64,000 nucleotides of DNA, from NCBI GenBank assembly GCA_951406725.2, contig OX597817.1:38936001-39000000 (forward strand), in the 5' to 3' direction. This document shows, piece after piece, positions 1 through 13,385 of this stretch (its first letter is position 1; every line of letters begins with the position of its first letter). The position numbers and the translations under genes are program-made. This stretch comes from Octopus vulgaris. Taxonomy: Eukaryota. Below the pieces are notes generated by a model. That model did no database searches and was not told the origin of the DNA. It saw only the letters and a list, made by a program, of their open reading frames with translations.

Positions 1-2050
1 AGATGAGGAAAGACCTGGAAAATATCAGATGGGTGGGTGAGCTGAAATGTCTATCAGATGGAGAGGCATAGGAAAAGCTGTGCAAGGAATTGGACAGAGT
101 AACAGAGAAATATGTACCAAAGATGGGAGGCTCAAGAGCAAGAAGTGGCTCAATAGAGATACACTTAGAACAGTGCAGCAGAAGCACAAACTGTATAGAT
201 GTTGGTTGCATATCAAGAATGGGCAAGATTATCAGGCCTACATCAAGAGCAGAAATAAAGCAACAAAGGCATGCCATAAAGCAAAGAAGAAATTAGAGAA
301 AATGGTAGCAATACAAGCCAAGACAAACCCAAAGCCATTTTGATCATATGTGAAGTCAAAAACGAAATCAAAGACTGGTATTGCAGACTTGAAAAGAAGT
401 GATGGTTCTAAGACAACCACAGACAAAGAGAAAGCCTATCTGCTGAACACTTTCTTTCAGAGTGTCTTCACCGTAGAGAAGGAAGGCGATCAACCAGACA
501 TGCCAGAGTACATGTATGACATTGAGCTGACCAACATTTTTGTGGAAAAAGTTCACAAGCAGCTGACAAGCCTGAAGATTGCCAAACCCCCAGGACTGGA
601 TGGAATCAGCCCATGCATAATTTCCGAGCTATCAGATGTACTCGCTCTGCCAATCACAATTGTCTACAGAAAATCAATGGAGACAAGCAAAATCCCAAAC
701 AAGTGGAGAACTGCTAACGTCTCCCCCATATTCAAGAAAGGGAGCCATTTTACGGTCAACAACTACAGGCCAGTAAGCTTGACCTGTGTACTGTGCAAGA
801 TGATGGAGATGTTTGTTCGTGAGAACATCATTGAACACCAGCTGTGAAATGACCTCATCAACCAAGAACAGCATGGGTTCACAAAGGCAAGATTATGTGT
901 GACGCAACTGCTTGACATTCTTGACATCTGGATGGAGGCCTTGGATGCAGGGGAAGGAGTCGATGCAATCTACATGGATTACATGAAAGCATTTGACAGT
1001 GTCCCACATCGTAGGCTTGTAACCAAAGTAGAAGCTCACAGTATCAAGGGAAATATCCTTCAGTGGATCCGGGACTTCTTGAGCCACTGGTCATGAGTCT
1101 GTGTCAATGGCAAGAAGTCAGAGAGGGGAGAGGTGACAAGTGGCATCCCACAAGGCAGTGTCATTGGCCCAGTAGATTTCCATGTATATAAACGATCTGC
1201 CTCAGCATGTCCAGAGTCACATCAGGTTATATGCTGACGACACAAAGATCTTCGTAAGGAATGACGTTGATGTGACCATTGCAACACTGCAAACAACCTG
1301 GATTGCCTTCATGAGTGGTTGACGAACTGGCAAATGCGGTTCCATCATGAGAAGTGTTCCGTCTTGAGAGTGGGGAACCCAAAGACAGACAGCAAATATG
1401 AGAGGCCAGGATGGGGGAACAGACTGAGGTGGAGCTAGTAGAAAGTGAGGTGGAGGGGGATCTTAGTGTCTTGATTGACATAGGGCTGACCTTCACGAGC
1501 CACATAAGCCAAGCAACTGCAAAAGCAAATTGAATCCTTGGAGTCATCCAACGATCATTTGACTTCATTACCCGTTGTCTTCGTCCAGCTGTACAAGTCT
1601 CTAGTTCGCCCGATTCTTGAATGACAGTTTCGCAATCCCAGCATAAGGCAATGTGTTGCAATTTGGAGGATGTTCAGAGGCGTGCCACCAAACTTATTGC
1701 ATCCTTGAAAGAAAAGCCATACCCAGAGCACTTGGCTGCACTAAACCTGCCTAGTCTCGAACATCGCTGTCTCAGGTGGGATATGATTAACATGTATATG
1801 TATATGCACGGCCTGTACCTGATCAACCGCAACCAATTCAACTACTTCCAAGGCAGAAATACGAGAGGACACTGCAGGCTCAACATTAGAAGCTGTTTTT
1901 CGTACAGCGTGTGACCGCCACCTGGAACAGTCTGCCAAGCAGTCTGGTTGCAGCTCCATTGGTCAATGCTTTCAAAAACAGGCTTGACGCACACTGGAGA
2001 GGGATTCCTGCAAAATTTGACCCTGTCTGTTACTATTAGCTACAACTATC
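1..2050 (+). mobile_element. CR1/L2-clade LINE, degenerate ORF2 (RT) fragment; 5' end lies outside the window
   Basis: Broken ORFs 47-343, 350-847, 899-1096 and 1621-1914 carry KTNPKPF, YRPVSLT, AIYMDYMKAFDSVPH, SGIPQGS, LYADD (~1228-1242) and LEDVQRRATK. Many stops and frameshifts. Confidence 0.9.
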
Positions 2051-5000
2051 GAAGTGTTGTACCACACATGACAAATTAATTGTACTAGTAGAAAAGGACC
2101 TGTGAACAAGCTCCTAGGAGCTTCAACACGAAAATCATCCAGTAAGAAACGACTCTTTTCCATTAAATATCAAAGCAGAAGTTAAATTAACAAAACCTCA
2201 ACAAAAAGGCAGACAGTCTGATTGGTTAACACATTTAGAATTTAAATTGTTATAATATACTTTGTTTTAAATTCTAGTTACCTACTACTACTACTAATAA
2301 TAATAATATAAAACGAAATCTAATTTTATTAAATAACTTGCAATTTAACCTGGGTGCGAATAGCACAAGCCCACACAAATACCAAGAGAAGCACATGGTG
2401 AATGGGATAGTATAAGAACAAGGTTAGCTAGCATCTGTTTGGAGGAAAATGTAGCTCTTGAAAAAATAATAAAATAAAAGCAACTTGGTGAAAGCGAGCA
2501 GAGCTACAAAAGGTTGAGACCCATTAGCTTAGAATATGAAAAAAGTTCAGAGCTAGTTACGTATTACGAAACTAACAATAGGAGTGGAATGGGGAAAAAA
2601 AATGTCTTTTGTTGTTTGTCACATAATCACAATCTCGACGTTTAAAATATTTTTCAAAAAAATAAACATATAAAACTAAATTACAGATGCAGTACTTATT
2701 TAGCAACACCTAAAATTTCTCAAGATTGTTTATACGTTCAGTGCATCTTGCAGAAAAGTAATCTCGGACTGATCTAACATTTTAGCTTATGGTTCATATA
2801 TTTTTATATTCATTTTATCAAATAAATTCTGTGATCATTAGAAGCATATACCATTTGGGCATTCTTTCTCTTTGACCTGCAAAAACATCAAACTTGATTG
2901 TATAATTCTACAGAAATATATACGTCAGTACCGCCTTTTTGTCCATATTTACGCACAGTTTTTATAGCAGGCGCTAAGACCTAAATAAATTCAGAGCAAG
3001 TTCACAAATGATATATATTTATTTAGGTCACGCAAGTAAATGACAACAATCCAAAAATCTCTAATTTTTATGCAGTCTTTCTTCGCTAGATCAAGCATAC
3101 AAAATCATTTAAACCAATCAAATGTTAAAATTTTAATAACGTAAGCTTTTCTCCATTTTCTCCTTCAAAATGACAAGCCTTCATAATCACGTCCTGATTA
3201 GGAAAAGGATACGAGATCACTTAAAGTCAGCTAAAGACGAATTTGAAGAATCATTTAATGATATCAGATCCTTTTGATCATTTGTAATAAATAATTAAAA
3301 TAACACTTTTACTTTTAAGTAATATTCTTTTACTTTTGGCAGAGGAAAACAGTTCTAGGTATTCACTTATTATTAGGGTATTTACAAGAACCAGCGGGAG
3401 GTAATTAACCGAGTTTTAAGTAAACAAGACAGACAACTGTGACGCAAGGAATGAATAAAGGGCGATATTTAATCGAGATCGCCTCTTCAGCTAAAAATGC
3501 CAATATTGGTACGATAATAGCAGTAGAAATCCATTAGTTATATACACCCGAAGGTGTGTGTGTGCGCGCGCTTATTGTCGATAACTCAGTAAAGCAGAGT
3601 TGAAGCGAATTTGTTTTCAATCCAGTTTTTACTTTGTTGGTTGTTAACATGATAATAGTCAATACTCTCGAAAATGTGCCTCTACAAAATTTCACTAAAA
3701 ATATGCATTTTTCGCTGCTAAGTTAGGAAGCTGGATTATATTTACAAAAGATTGAACTAAATTAAACGGCAGCATTTATTAAACTAGTCCGATTAAAGAG
3801 AGACCCAAGTAGTAGATAAGTATCCAGTCGATGAAAAACTGCCCATAATCTAGATATAGGCGGTTTGATTCAGGATGTGTTGATAATGCGACCATCCCTA
3901 ATGTTTTACTCATTTTCCATTAATTTCTTAAGTAGTGAAAATTTTCGTTGTAGAACTATGTACGACCTGGTTGACGACATACAATGCTGAACGTGTAACT
4001 ATATCGTCTTAAGAAATAAGTGAATTTCAGTTTGTTTTTTAATCGTTAAACTGGCTCTTTTAAGATGATAACAGCTAAATTTTAACACACGGTCTTCATG
4101 TTTGTATTATTGTTCTGGTTATTGTTGAACTTCCAACATTTGTATGGAAGAAAAATCGTCAATTAGCGTTTAGCATTTTTTTTTTTTTTTTTTGTGGCTT
4201 TAATTAGCAGTTATTTGTATTAATTTCAGGCAACAAAAGCAAATAACAATAAATGTAATAACAGATTGAGATCGCTTGATGAGTGTGTTCCCCTTAATCC
4301 ATAGTAATCTTAAATTCAATAATCCCTAAATCACCAACATAAGCTCTTTAATCTTTGCTTAATTAATTTTTTCTCAACGATGTGAAAATGGGACCACAGT
4401 ATAAGTAGGAATAATAAATTAGACATTCTTATAGAATAGAGTTGTAAATTATATAATGGTCCCCAAACCATAATTTCAGAACCATATGTTTTAAGTATCG
4501 TAGACTATGAATCTGAAAAAAAATAATAAAAGGATGGGGACTAGAGCTGATTGCTTCAGCAATTTTTCCGTTTTGATTTCCTTAAATATTTAAGATTGTT
4601 TCTTAAATTTATGCGTATTATAAATTCGAAACTAAAATTTACGAAAGTAGGGTATCAACCATATGGCGGTAGAAATAAGAAATTTTCATAAAAATCTTCC
4701 CCATCATTTCGAAGAAAAGAAAATTGGAAAAATCATCGTCAAAAACGGAGGGAATCCAACACGTGAACATCCTGTTATGAAAATCCGCAATTTTTTTTTC
4801 CGGATTCGTAAATGTATGACGCTTAAAACAGAAACCCATAAATTACGATTTTTGCCACACTATATAATTTCCGACTCTATTCAACAAGAATACCTATAAT
4901 TGTCTTAACTAATAGCAACATGTATCTTTGAAAACATTGCAAAAGAACATCGATAATGTGAACGATGAACTAAAATCGCAAATAATATATTATGAAGTGG

Positions 5001-6422
5001 CTGCTGTCGCATATTAGAGATCATTCATTGTTAAACAACTAGATAATGGAATTGGAAAACAATAAACACGTGAAAGCTATAATCCCGTTACACAATAGAA
5101 AAAAAATCCCCCACCCCACCAAAAGAATATCAGACCTTAATCTACGATGCTTAAAGCATACAGATCCGATGAAATTATGGTTTTTGACGAGCCAGATAAT
5201 TTCCGACTCTATTCTACAGGAATGCTTAATAATCTCGACAAATGGCCACAACATATTGATTTTTACATCACGTCACATCTGTGTCCATAGTAATAGAACA
5301 TCGATAACTTTAAGATTATCGATGTTAGTTGAACTAACATGACAAACAATAAATAGATCAGCGTGGAGTAGAATGCTTAAGAAAACCATGGTATTATATC
5401 AAAGGTCATTTACATTTATGGAAGCCTTATATCCCGTTAAACAATAGGATTACTGTTGATGTTAATATTAACGCCATCACTAAAAACTATTCGTACATAT
5501 GAACTGCGTTGAAATACAGATATAAATAAAACTATGAAAATATAATTATGCAGAAGATATTTGGGTTATAAAAGTGAGTCAAACATCGTGGCTCGTCGTT
5601 ATCTTTTAGGTACATCACTACAACCTGCCATTGGTTGCAGTTTCGATAAAAAGAAATATTGTATATCCATATTTTAGATAAAACTCCTTATAACATTTAT
5701 TTTTAGGAATTTTTATAAATGTTTTTCGATCCGGTCTTCTGTATAATTGAATTGATACTAATATGAAAAAAACAAAATTTTAATTACCCACCACATAAAC
5801 ACAATTTTTTTTTTCCATAAAAAGTATTAGAAAATTATTTGGAAATTATAAAGATTAACGCATGGTAGGTTCGGACTATTCGTATTTTAAAACCACGTAC
5901 AAATTCAACAAATGACAATATTGTAAAGGCTAAATAAAAGCAGTAATTAATTTATAACACGAATTTCCATAACGTAATTCGTGGCAATAAAAGACGATAA
6001 TTGAATTTATAATTACATTCATTGACGATTTCTTCAACGAGTTAAGAAAAACGTTAACTAATGAATTATTAATAAATATAAAGAATTATTTTACTACTTT
6101 TCAATATCTATTTTAAGATGAAAACTCAAGAGAAACGTAGAAAGAAAGAAAAAACGTTCAGCAACAATAAGAATAATAATTAAATCCAAGACGTAAGAAG
6201 GGAGAAAGAAAACGCCATTAATGTTTCCATATGAATCTAGTAGAATTGATCAAACATCTAAATTAAAAATAAGGCTCGGTTTTATGGATGTCAAGGACTA
6301 TCACTAATGAATAACAATGTTAATAGAAGACTAGTAATATAGTAATTGAAGAAAATTAGTGGTGAGGTTAAAAATACAGAATGAGAAGATAAAATTCTTT
6401 ATCGAAAATAATGACTACATAC

Positions 6423-6489
6423 CATAAACTGAACGGGACCCGTCTCTTCCAGTCGTAACAGAGAAATTTCCACGATGGTGGCCACTCAT
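6423..6489 (-). CDS. Putative first coding exon (MSGHHRGNFSVTTGRDGSRSVY, phase 1) of a gene running left; tentatively resembles invertebrate NXF1 N-termini
   Basis: ATG with A at -3, 67 nt open, strong GTATGT donor at 6422-6417. It is a GC/CpG-rich island in AT-rich DNA with a CACGTG-containing CpG-rich stretch upstream (~6600-6660). No convincing second exon was found in the window. Confidence 0.45.
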
Positions 6490-6789
6490 TATTAATTCAT
6501 ATAATAAAATGAATCTGTATGTATATATGAGAAATAAGAAATAAATCAATGTAGAAAACGGGACGAATTAATAAGTGTAGATTCGAGTAAACAATCTGCT
6601 TAGCGAGACGCCAATTTATTCGAATGACTCGTGCCACGTGATCACGAGAGTTTGACGATTTTTATTCAGGTTTTTTTTTGTTTGTTTTTTTTTCTTTTCT
6701 TTCAAGACCAGTTTTCGAACTTAGCAAATTAGTTTATAACATTTTAATAAAGGACTGAACAAAACAGGATGTGTTACATGAGGACGGAG

Positions 6790-7017
6790 TGTCGTTGGAG
6801 AGTTAACAGGATGTGTGAGGGAACACTTCAGACAAATGACAATAAAATAAGAACAATGAAACTGTTGTGAATAACGAATGTGTTTATTTGGTAATAAGCA
6901 CATTTACATGTGTTTATTTGGTGAGAAAAAAAGAAAATGACTGTCCTGAAATATAACGATATCTCTTTCAACACACTATTCCACATCAGGAACCTTGCAA
7001 AACAAATACAAAAACGT
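6790..7017. repeat. One arm of the MITE-like family also present at 27121-27535
   Basis: aatgactgtcctgaaatataacgatatctctttcaacac...cacatcaggaaccttgcaaaacaaataca closely matches 27455-27535. Confidence 0.6.
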
Positions 7018-7205
7018 GGCTGTGTGGCTCCTAACCACATGGTTCTGGGTTCAGTCACACTGCGTAGTACCTTGCTAAGTTCGGTGGTGGGGGACAAACA
7101 CAAAGACCACTCATAAGGCTTTGGACAATCCAAGGCTATATAGTAGAAGACATTTGCCCAAGGTGTCACGCAGTGAGATTGGACTAAGAATTATACGGTT
7201 GGGAA
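7015..7205. mobile_element. Rearranged fragments of the tRNA-head CORE-type SINE (+ head followed by an inverted piece)
   Basis: gtggctgtgtgg...ccacatggttctgggttcagtc, followed by gaagacatttgcccaaggtgtcacgcagtg (reverse complement of the SINE core). Confidence 0.6.
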
Positions 7206-8553
7206 GTTGACTAATTTAATGTCAGAATAGGTCTTTACAGAAAAAATATAATGAAGTTAACTTTTATTTATGCTGGGCGGGTATAATGCTTGCTTTTTCT
7301 GTATAAATGGTTAACTATTTTTTGAAGTTTGACATTCATTCTGGTAATCACAGTCCGGACCATATTTTACACTGCTTGGGGTTTCTACCTATCGCAATGG
7401 AGCCCAGCAATTTTCTTAGATCAGTTTTTCTCCACTTAGGGAGTCTAGCTTGCGTTTGCACCAGGAAGCTATTTACTCGCATTCTCCACGTTACGACACA
7501 ATGATATTTCTTCCCGCTGATATTACCGTTGTCAACTGTTACTGCATCTAACATCATAATTCATCTTTGCGCATGTAAGCTCACTAATTGAATATGACTT
7601 AGCTTTCCTACAGAAACCTTCAATTATCTTATACAATGTTGCGTTAGGCAGCAATCTTATGTTCTCTTCATAGAACACTTGTAATTATGTATTACCAGTT
7701 CTTTTGGTATAGTAGATTTTTGCTATTCTTGTTTGTCTCCTCACAGACATGTATACTCTAACAAGTCGCTTCTTAAATTTCACTCTTGGTCAATAAACAG
7801 CTGTTTATTTCCTCATTTCGATTATTTATGTTTATTTCAGCGGATTACCAATCTGTCAGTTTGGTCTCCTGGCTTAAACTAATTACAAATTTTTAAGTTT
7901 ACTTGACATTTTATAAGTGAAAAAGGGATTAAAATTTCGATACTCCATATCAATGGTTCGACAAGAATAAGCAGAAAATCAGAGCTTGAGACGAGAAGAC
8001 AATTTCCACCAATCAGAATTATGTTTACATAATGAGTTTGATCGGGCACCTTCCTCTGTCGGTTGCGTAATGTGTCATCCAAGCTGTTGTTTATTGGTAA
8101 TTAAACTTATCTTGCAACACTTGTGCATATTTACCAGCTTTGTTTTGATAAGAATTATCAATAATTTTTCCTGTGCCTGTGATTTGAGAAGACACACAGA
8201 AGTATGCTCAAGATCGGACATAATCTCCTGTGAGCGAGAAATTCGTTCGTAATTTAATAGCTTCCAGTGTGATACCTGTTAAAGAATTATTTTTATTTAA
8301 TAAAATCTAATTATAAGTGAAATTATGCTAAATACAACTAAATCTAAAACCTGTGATAAGAAACTTGATATATAGAAATTATATATATATATGCAATGAT
8401 TTGAGAAGCAGTGACAATTTTGTAAATAATATTTTATAAGCTATCACCATGTATTATCGAAAGAAAATAGTCTAATTTTGGGACATATATTAGAAAATAG
8501 TCTACTACTGGGGCACATATTGGAACAAAGTGAGTTTTATATATATATATATA

Positions 8554-9726
8554 ACAACCGAGGGAGCAAGCAGGCTTCCGGAAGAACTACAGCACAATGG
8601 ACCATATATTTGCTCTAACGCAACTGCTTGAGCGAGCAAATGAGTACAAGCTGCCTCTTTGCGTTGCGTTTATAGATTATGAGAAGGCCTTCGATAGCGT
8701 CGAAACCAACGCAGTGCTGAACTCGCTGCAGAGGCAAGGAATCGAAGCGCAATATGTACAGCTGCTCAGAGAGGCAAATTCCGGATGCACCACCGACATA
8801 GCTCTACTGTCATCACCCATACGAGTGCCGGTCGAGAAGGGAGTGAAGCAAGGAGATACAATCTCCCCAAAACTTTTCACTGCATGTCTCGAACAGATCA
8901 TCAGAGGCATCGAATGGCAAGGTGGTGTCAACATCAATGGCGAGCTCCTCACTCACCTCCGTTTCGCTGACGACATCGTACTCATTGCTGAAAACATGGA
9001 TCAGCTTCAGACCATGCTGACGGAGCTCGACATCAAAAGTTCTGCAGTAGGTCTCAAGATGAACCGCATGAAAACAAAGTTCATGCAGTCAGACAACGTA
9101 CCAACAGGTTGAATGGTGATCGGCAGTGATGAAATAGAGGAGGTGAGAGAATATGTCTACCTGGGACAGGAAGTAAATATGTGCCTGGATATCAAAAAGG
9201 AGATCTCACGGAGAGTAAGGGCCGGATGGAAGGCGTTCAATGGCATAAGGGATGTGCTCAAGGGAAGGTTGGATAGGACCACCCGCGCCAACCTCAATGT
9301 TATATGGTAGTGAAACATGGGCTACCACAAAGAGAGAAGAGCAAAGACTGGTAACGGCTCAAAGAGCCATGGAAAGGTCAATGCTTAGTATCTCGTTGAG
9401 AGAGCACATAAGTAGCAAGATCATCAGAAAGAAATCCTGCGTGAGAGACGTCATCGCAGAGTATACACGCAGCAAGTATAGATGGGCTGGACACGTTGCC
9501 CGGCTCACCGATAATCGGTGGATGCATGCAGTTGTCGAGTGGTACCCGCGTGAGCGGAAAAGACCACCCGGAAGATCTCCACGATGGTGGAGTGACGATT
9601 TCAGGAGGACGATTGGGATCACATGGATGAGAAAGGCGCGATCCAGAGAGGAGTGGACAGCGTGCTGTGACCAGCGGTGTCAAATGGACGCCTGACGGAC
9701 TGGTCGGTCAAAGTGATCAAAGTGAT
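8554..9726 (+). mobile_element. 5'-truncated RTE-clade LINE (RT C-terminal half plus 3' end) inserted in (TA)n
   Basis: ORF 8597-9112 has FIDYEKAFDSV, GVKQGDTISP and LRFADD; later ORFs have YVYLG, LYGSETW and RWAGHVAR. Tail is tandem tcaaagtga repeats, with (TA)n on both sides. Confidence 0.92.
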
Positions 9727-9743
9727 ATATATATATATATATA

Positions 9744-12632
9744 TCATCGTTTAACGTCCGCTTTCCATGCTGGCATGGGTTGGACGGTTTGACTAAGGAC
9801 TGGTGAGCCTGAGGCTGCACCGGGTTCAATCTGATCTGGCAAAGTTTCTACAGCTGGATACCCTTCCTAACGTCAACCACTCCGAGAGTGTAGTGGGTGC
9901 TGTTTACGTGTCTGTAAGGTGACACTGGCAACGATCATGCTCAAATGGTGCTTTTCACTTGTCACCGGCACTGGCAACGATTAACTTAACACTGCCACCA
10001 TGCTAATCAGGCGGTACTGTCATCGGCCATGTCAGCGATTTTGATTTGTTTACACTTACCTCAATAGGTCTTCACAAGCAAAGTTCATTGTCCGATGAAT
10101 GAGTGAGCCGGTTACACCCCACGTTCAGATGTGCTTTTAATGTTCCACACACGAGTGCCAATCGGGCAGTACTGTCATCAGCCACGTCAACAATTTTGAT
10201 TTTAATTTCACTTGCTTCAATAGGTCTTCACAAGCAGAGTTTAGTGTCCAATGAATGAGGGGTATCCATAAGTAGGCTGGTTACACCCACTGGCATGGGC
10301 CATTGGCTATGGTCTCATTTCACTTGTCAGGTCTTCTCAATCACAGCATATCTCCAAAGGTTTTGGTCACTAGCCATTGCCTTGGTGAGGCCCAATATTT
10401 GAAGATTGTGCTTCACCACCTCGTCCCAGGTTTTCCTGAGTCTACCTCTTCCACAAGTTCCCTCAATTGCTAGGATGTGACACTTTTTCGCACAGCTGTC
10501 CTCATTCATTCACAACACATGACCATACCAGCACAGTTGTCTCTCTTACACACCACATCTGATGCTTCTTAAATCCAACTTTTCTCTCAGGGTGCTTACA
10601 CACTGTCATGTATGCACACTGACACTGCACATTCAGCGGAGCATACTGGCTTCATTCCTTGCAAGCTTACGCATGTCCTCAGCAGTCACAGCCCATGTTT
10701 CACTGCCATGTAGCATGGCTATTCGTACACATGCGTCATACAGTCTACCTTTTACTCTGAATGAGAGGCCCTTTGTCACCAGCAGAGGTAGGAGCTCTCT
10801 GAACTTTGCCCAGGCTATTCTTATTCTAGCAGCTACACTTTCAGAGCATCCACCCCTGCTACTGACTTGAATGTGACAGAAGCTGTTCTCTGGAGATTTT
10901 AACTGTTTATAGCGCCTGAGCATTTGCCACATACAAAAACTTCCCAGTTAATCTCCCTTCGATATTGCTGCACCTCTTATGTGTCCATAGCTTACACTGG
11001 GTACATTTTATGGAGTTTCTACCTACACCTTTTCTACAGATCGAGCAGGGCCAACTACCTGAAGGGATTTGTGGTTTGCCTGCCTTCCTACTTATTAAGA
11101 CTTTGGTTTTAGCTAGGTTGACTCTAAGGCTCTTCAATTCTAATCCTTGTTTCCACACTTGAAACTTCTCCTCTAGTTCTGATGGTGACTCAGCAAGGTC
11201 ATCAGCATAGAGGAACTCCTAGGGGTATCCTGTCTCGAATTCCTCTGTTATTGCCTGGAGGACTATAATGAATAAGAGGGGGCTGCAGACTGATCCTTGG
11301 TGAAACCCAACTTCTACTTAGAATTCTTCACTATACTTGTTGCCCACCCTCACCTTACTGATAGCTCCCCTGCACAGAGCTTGTACAGCTCTTACCAGCC
11401 ACTCATCTATCCCCAGTTTCCACATTGACCACCAGATAAGGGATCGGGGTATCCTGTCAAAGGCTTTCTCCAAGTCAACAAAAGCCAAGTATAAAGGTTT
11501 ATCTTTGGCTAGGTATTTCTCCTGCAGTTGCCTTACCAGAAATATAGCATCAGTGGTGCTTCTGCCTGACACAAAACTGAACTGCATCTAATCTAGGCTA
11601 ACTCTCCCTAATTAGTTGGGTTATGACCCTCTCTGTAACTTTCATCACCTGATCAAATAATTTGATGCCCCTGCAGTTATTTCTATCTAAAGTCTCACCT
11701 TTCCCTTTGTAGTAGTTGACTATGGTGCTGCTACATCAGTCATTGGATATGACTCCTTCATGAACTACTTGATTTATGATGCAGGTGACAAAACCATAAC
11801 CCACACTGTACGATATTTTAAGCATCCCAGGAGTGATTCCTGAAGGGCCAGGTGCTTTCCCTGTCTTCATATCTTTAATTGCTACTGTCGATTGGGATAG
11901 CTGGTCCCTCAATTGGGTCAAACTTTGGCAGACTCTCCTCCTCCCATTCATTCTTCACATTCAGCAGTCTTTCATTATGGCTTCTCCAAGCCTTTTCTTT
12001 GCAACATTAAACACAAGGTCACTATCATCCATGCAGATACATTTCTCTCCTATGACATCATGGTTTTCTCTCACACTCTGTCTTGCAATCTGAAATACTT
12101 CAGTTGTCTCATCCTCACATTGCTGAACATTGGCAAATTTCTTCTTTTCTGCTACACCCTTGGCTATATATACCTGTCTCTTAGCTTCCCTTTTGGCTAT
12201 CTGATACAGTTCCCTGCTACCGCCACTCTTCCAGGCATTCTTGGCCTGTTTCTTTCCTCTAATGGCCCTGTCTAGTGTTGTTCCACCACCATGTTACCAT
12301 AGGTCTAGAAGGGACTTTGCATCAGCCACAGATCTGGTCTCTGGCACTCAGCAAGCTGTCTTGCAACTGCCTTCTATGTCACAGGACTACAGCTCTTCCT
12401 CCCTATCATAAAATTTCTTAGTAAGGATATCCCTAAATCTCTGACCATGCGAAGGGTTCCTAAACTTCCAAGTCCTTTTTTTCCAGATTGGTTGGGTTTT
12501 TGGCATCCTTCTGAGCTCAAGTCTAAAGTCACTAATAATTAGTCTATGTTTGTGGGGTACATTCTTCACCAGGGAGGGTCTTTGTATTTAAGAGCAACCA
12601 TGCATTCCTTGTCTGCTGAGAATGAAATCGAT
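9744..12632 (-). mobile_element. Degenerate RTE-clade LINE (end of endonuclease, RT with PHD-like finger, long 3'UTR, (GAT)n tail)
   Basis: Minus-strand ORFs give HRLIISDF, GKAPGPSG, GRSTTDAIF, AFVDLEKAFDR, CSICRK..CTQCKLWTHKRC, LHGSETW and RGRLRKTW. 3' end is ...ccatgccagcatggaaagcggacgttaaacgatga. Confidence 0.92.
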
Positions 12633-12638
12633 TATATA

Positions 12639-13186
12639 TCTAGTATATAAAATCCGTTCTGTCTGTCTGTGTGTGTGTCTTCTAGGATCTCAGGCATCCT
12701 CTATCTGATTGCGCTCAAATTTGATATGTAGATACCGACGGTACCAGCTTGTATAAGTCTTGAAAAATTACAAAAATCAATTCCAGGTGAGAATGCGATC
12801 AATAAAGCCGTGGGAACGTGCATTTGTACATGCAAGTACATTAGCTGTTGCGATCAATACTACGCATGTGTGAGAAACATGCACGTACAGTTTGCGCAAA
12901 AAAAGCCGGCTGACTTGAAATAATGCCACAAAATACAGTATATTTAAGAGACCAAAAGAGGAAGATACAAAAGAGATATTTTTTTCAAACTTGGCATGAA
13001 GGAAGGAAAGACTATTTGGTTTCTCAAGAAGTTTTTTTTTTTTGCCTTAACTTCGTTTTATAGAACCAAAGATTTTATTGAAATAAAGGCATGCTTAATT
13101 ATTTTTTAATGAAAAGAAAACACTGATTGCTTTTTATTCAGCAGATATGATTCAGCACTGTCCATTGGATGGGAGATGTTTTGCTC

Positions 13187-13187
<1 letters not shown>
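12639..13187 (+). mobile_element. Non-autonomous Helitron-like element
   Basis: Starts A|TCTAGTATATAAAAT, has a subterminal (TCTG)n microsatellite and a tcca-t-tgga hairpin shortly before the CTCG|T end. Inserted in TA-rich DNA. Both ends are shared with the copy at 14552-14933. Confidence 0.7.
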
Positions 13188-13233
<46 letters not shown>

Positions 13234-13234
<1 letters not shown>

Positions 13235-13385
13235 TGTTGTATCTGAGGAGAATCATTTTCTTTTTGTGCCTTATAATTTAACACACTCACTGGTAAAATT
13301 TCCCCTTATTCTTTATTTTTATTTTCCTAAAATTTTCATTGTGCTTTGCAACCTTTTCAATAGTCTTGACTCTCAAGAGATAATA
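13234..13385 (-). mobile_element. Penelope-like terminal-repeat remnant with a variant hammerhead-like motif
   Basis: Abuts (TA)n. A partial second copy lies at 50835-50930. Minus strand reads cta-TTGAAAA-stem-GAAA-ATTT-tag. Confidence 0.45.

Noticed and set aside
2800-3500. Candidate second exons for the 6423-6489 exon (acceptors near 2877 and 3491)
   Set aside because: Weak donors, early stops and no recognisable peptide.
7860-8276. Possible minus-strand exon after a good acceptor (ctttaacag at ~8277)
   Set aside because: All frames close within about 66 codons and no domain is recognisable; at most a non-coding exon.
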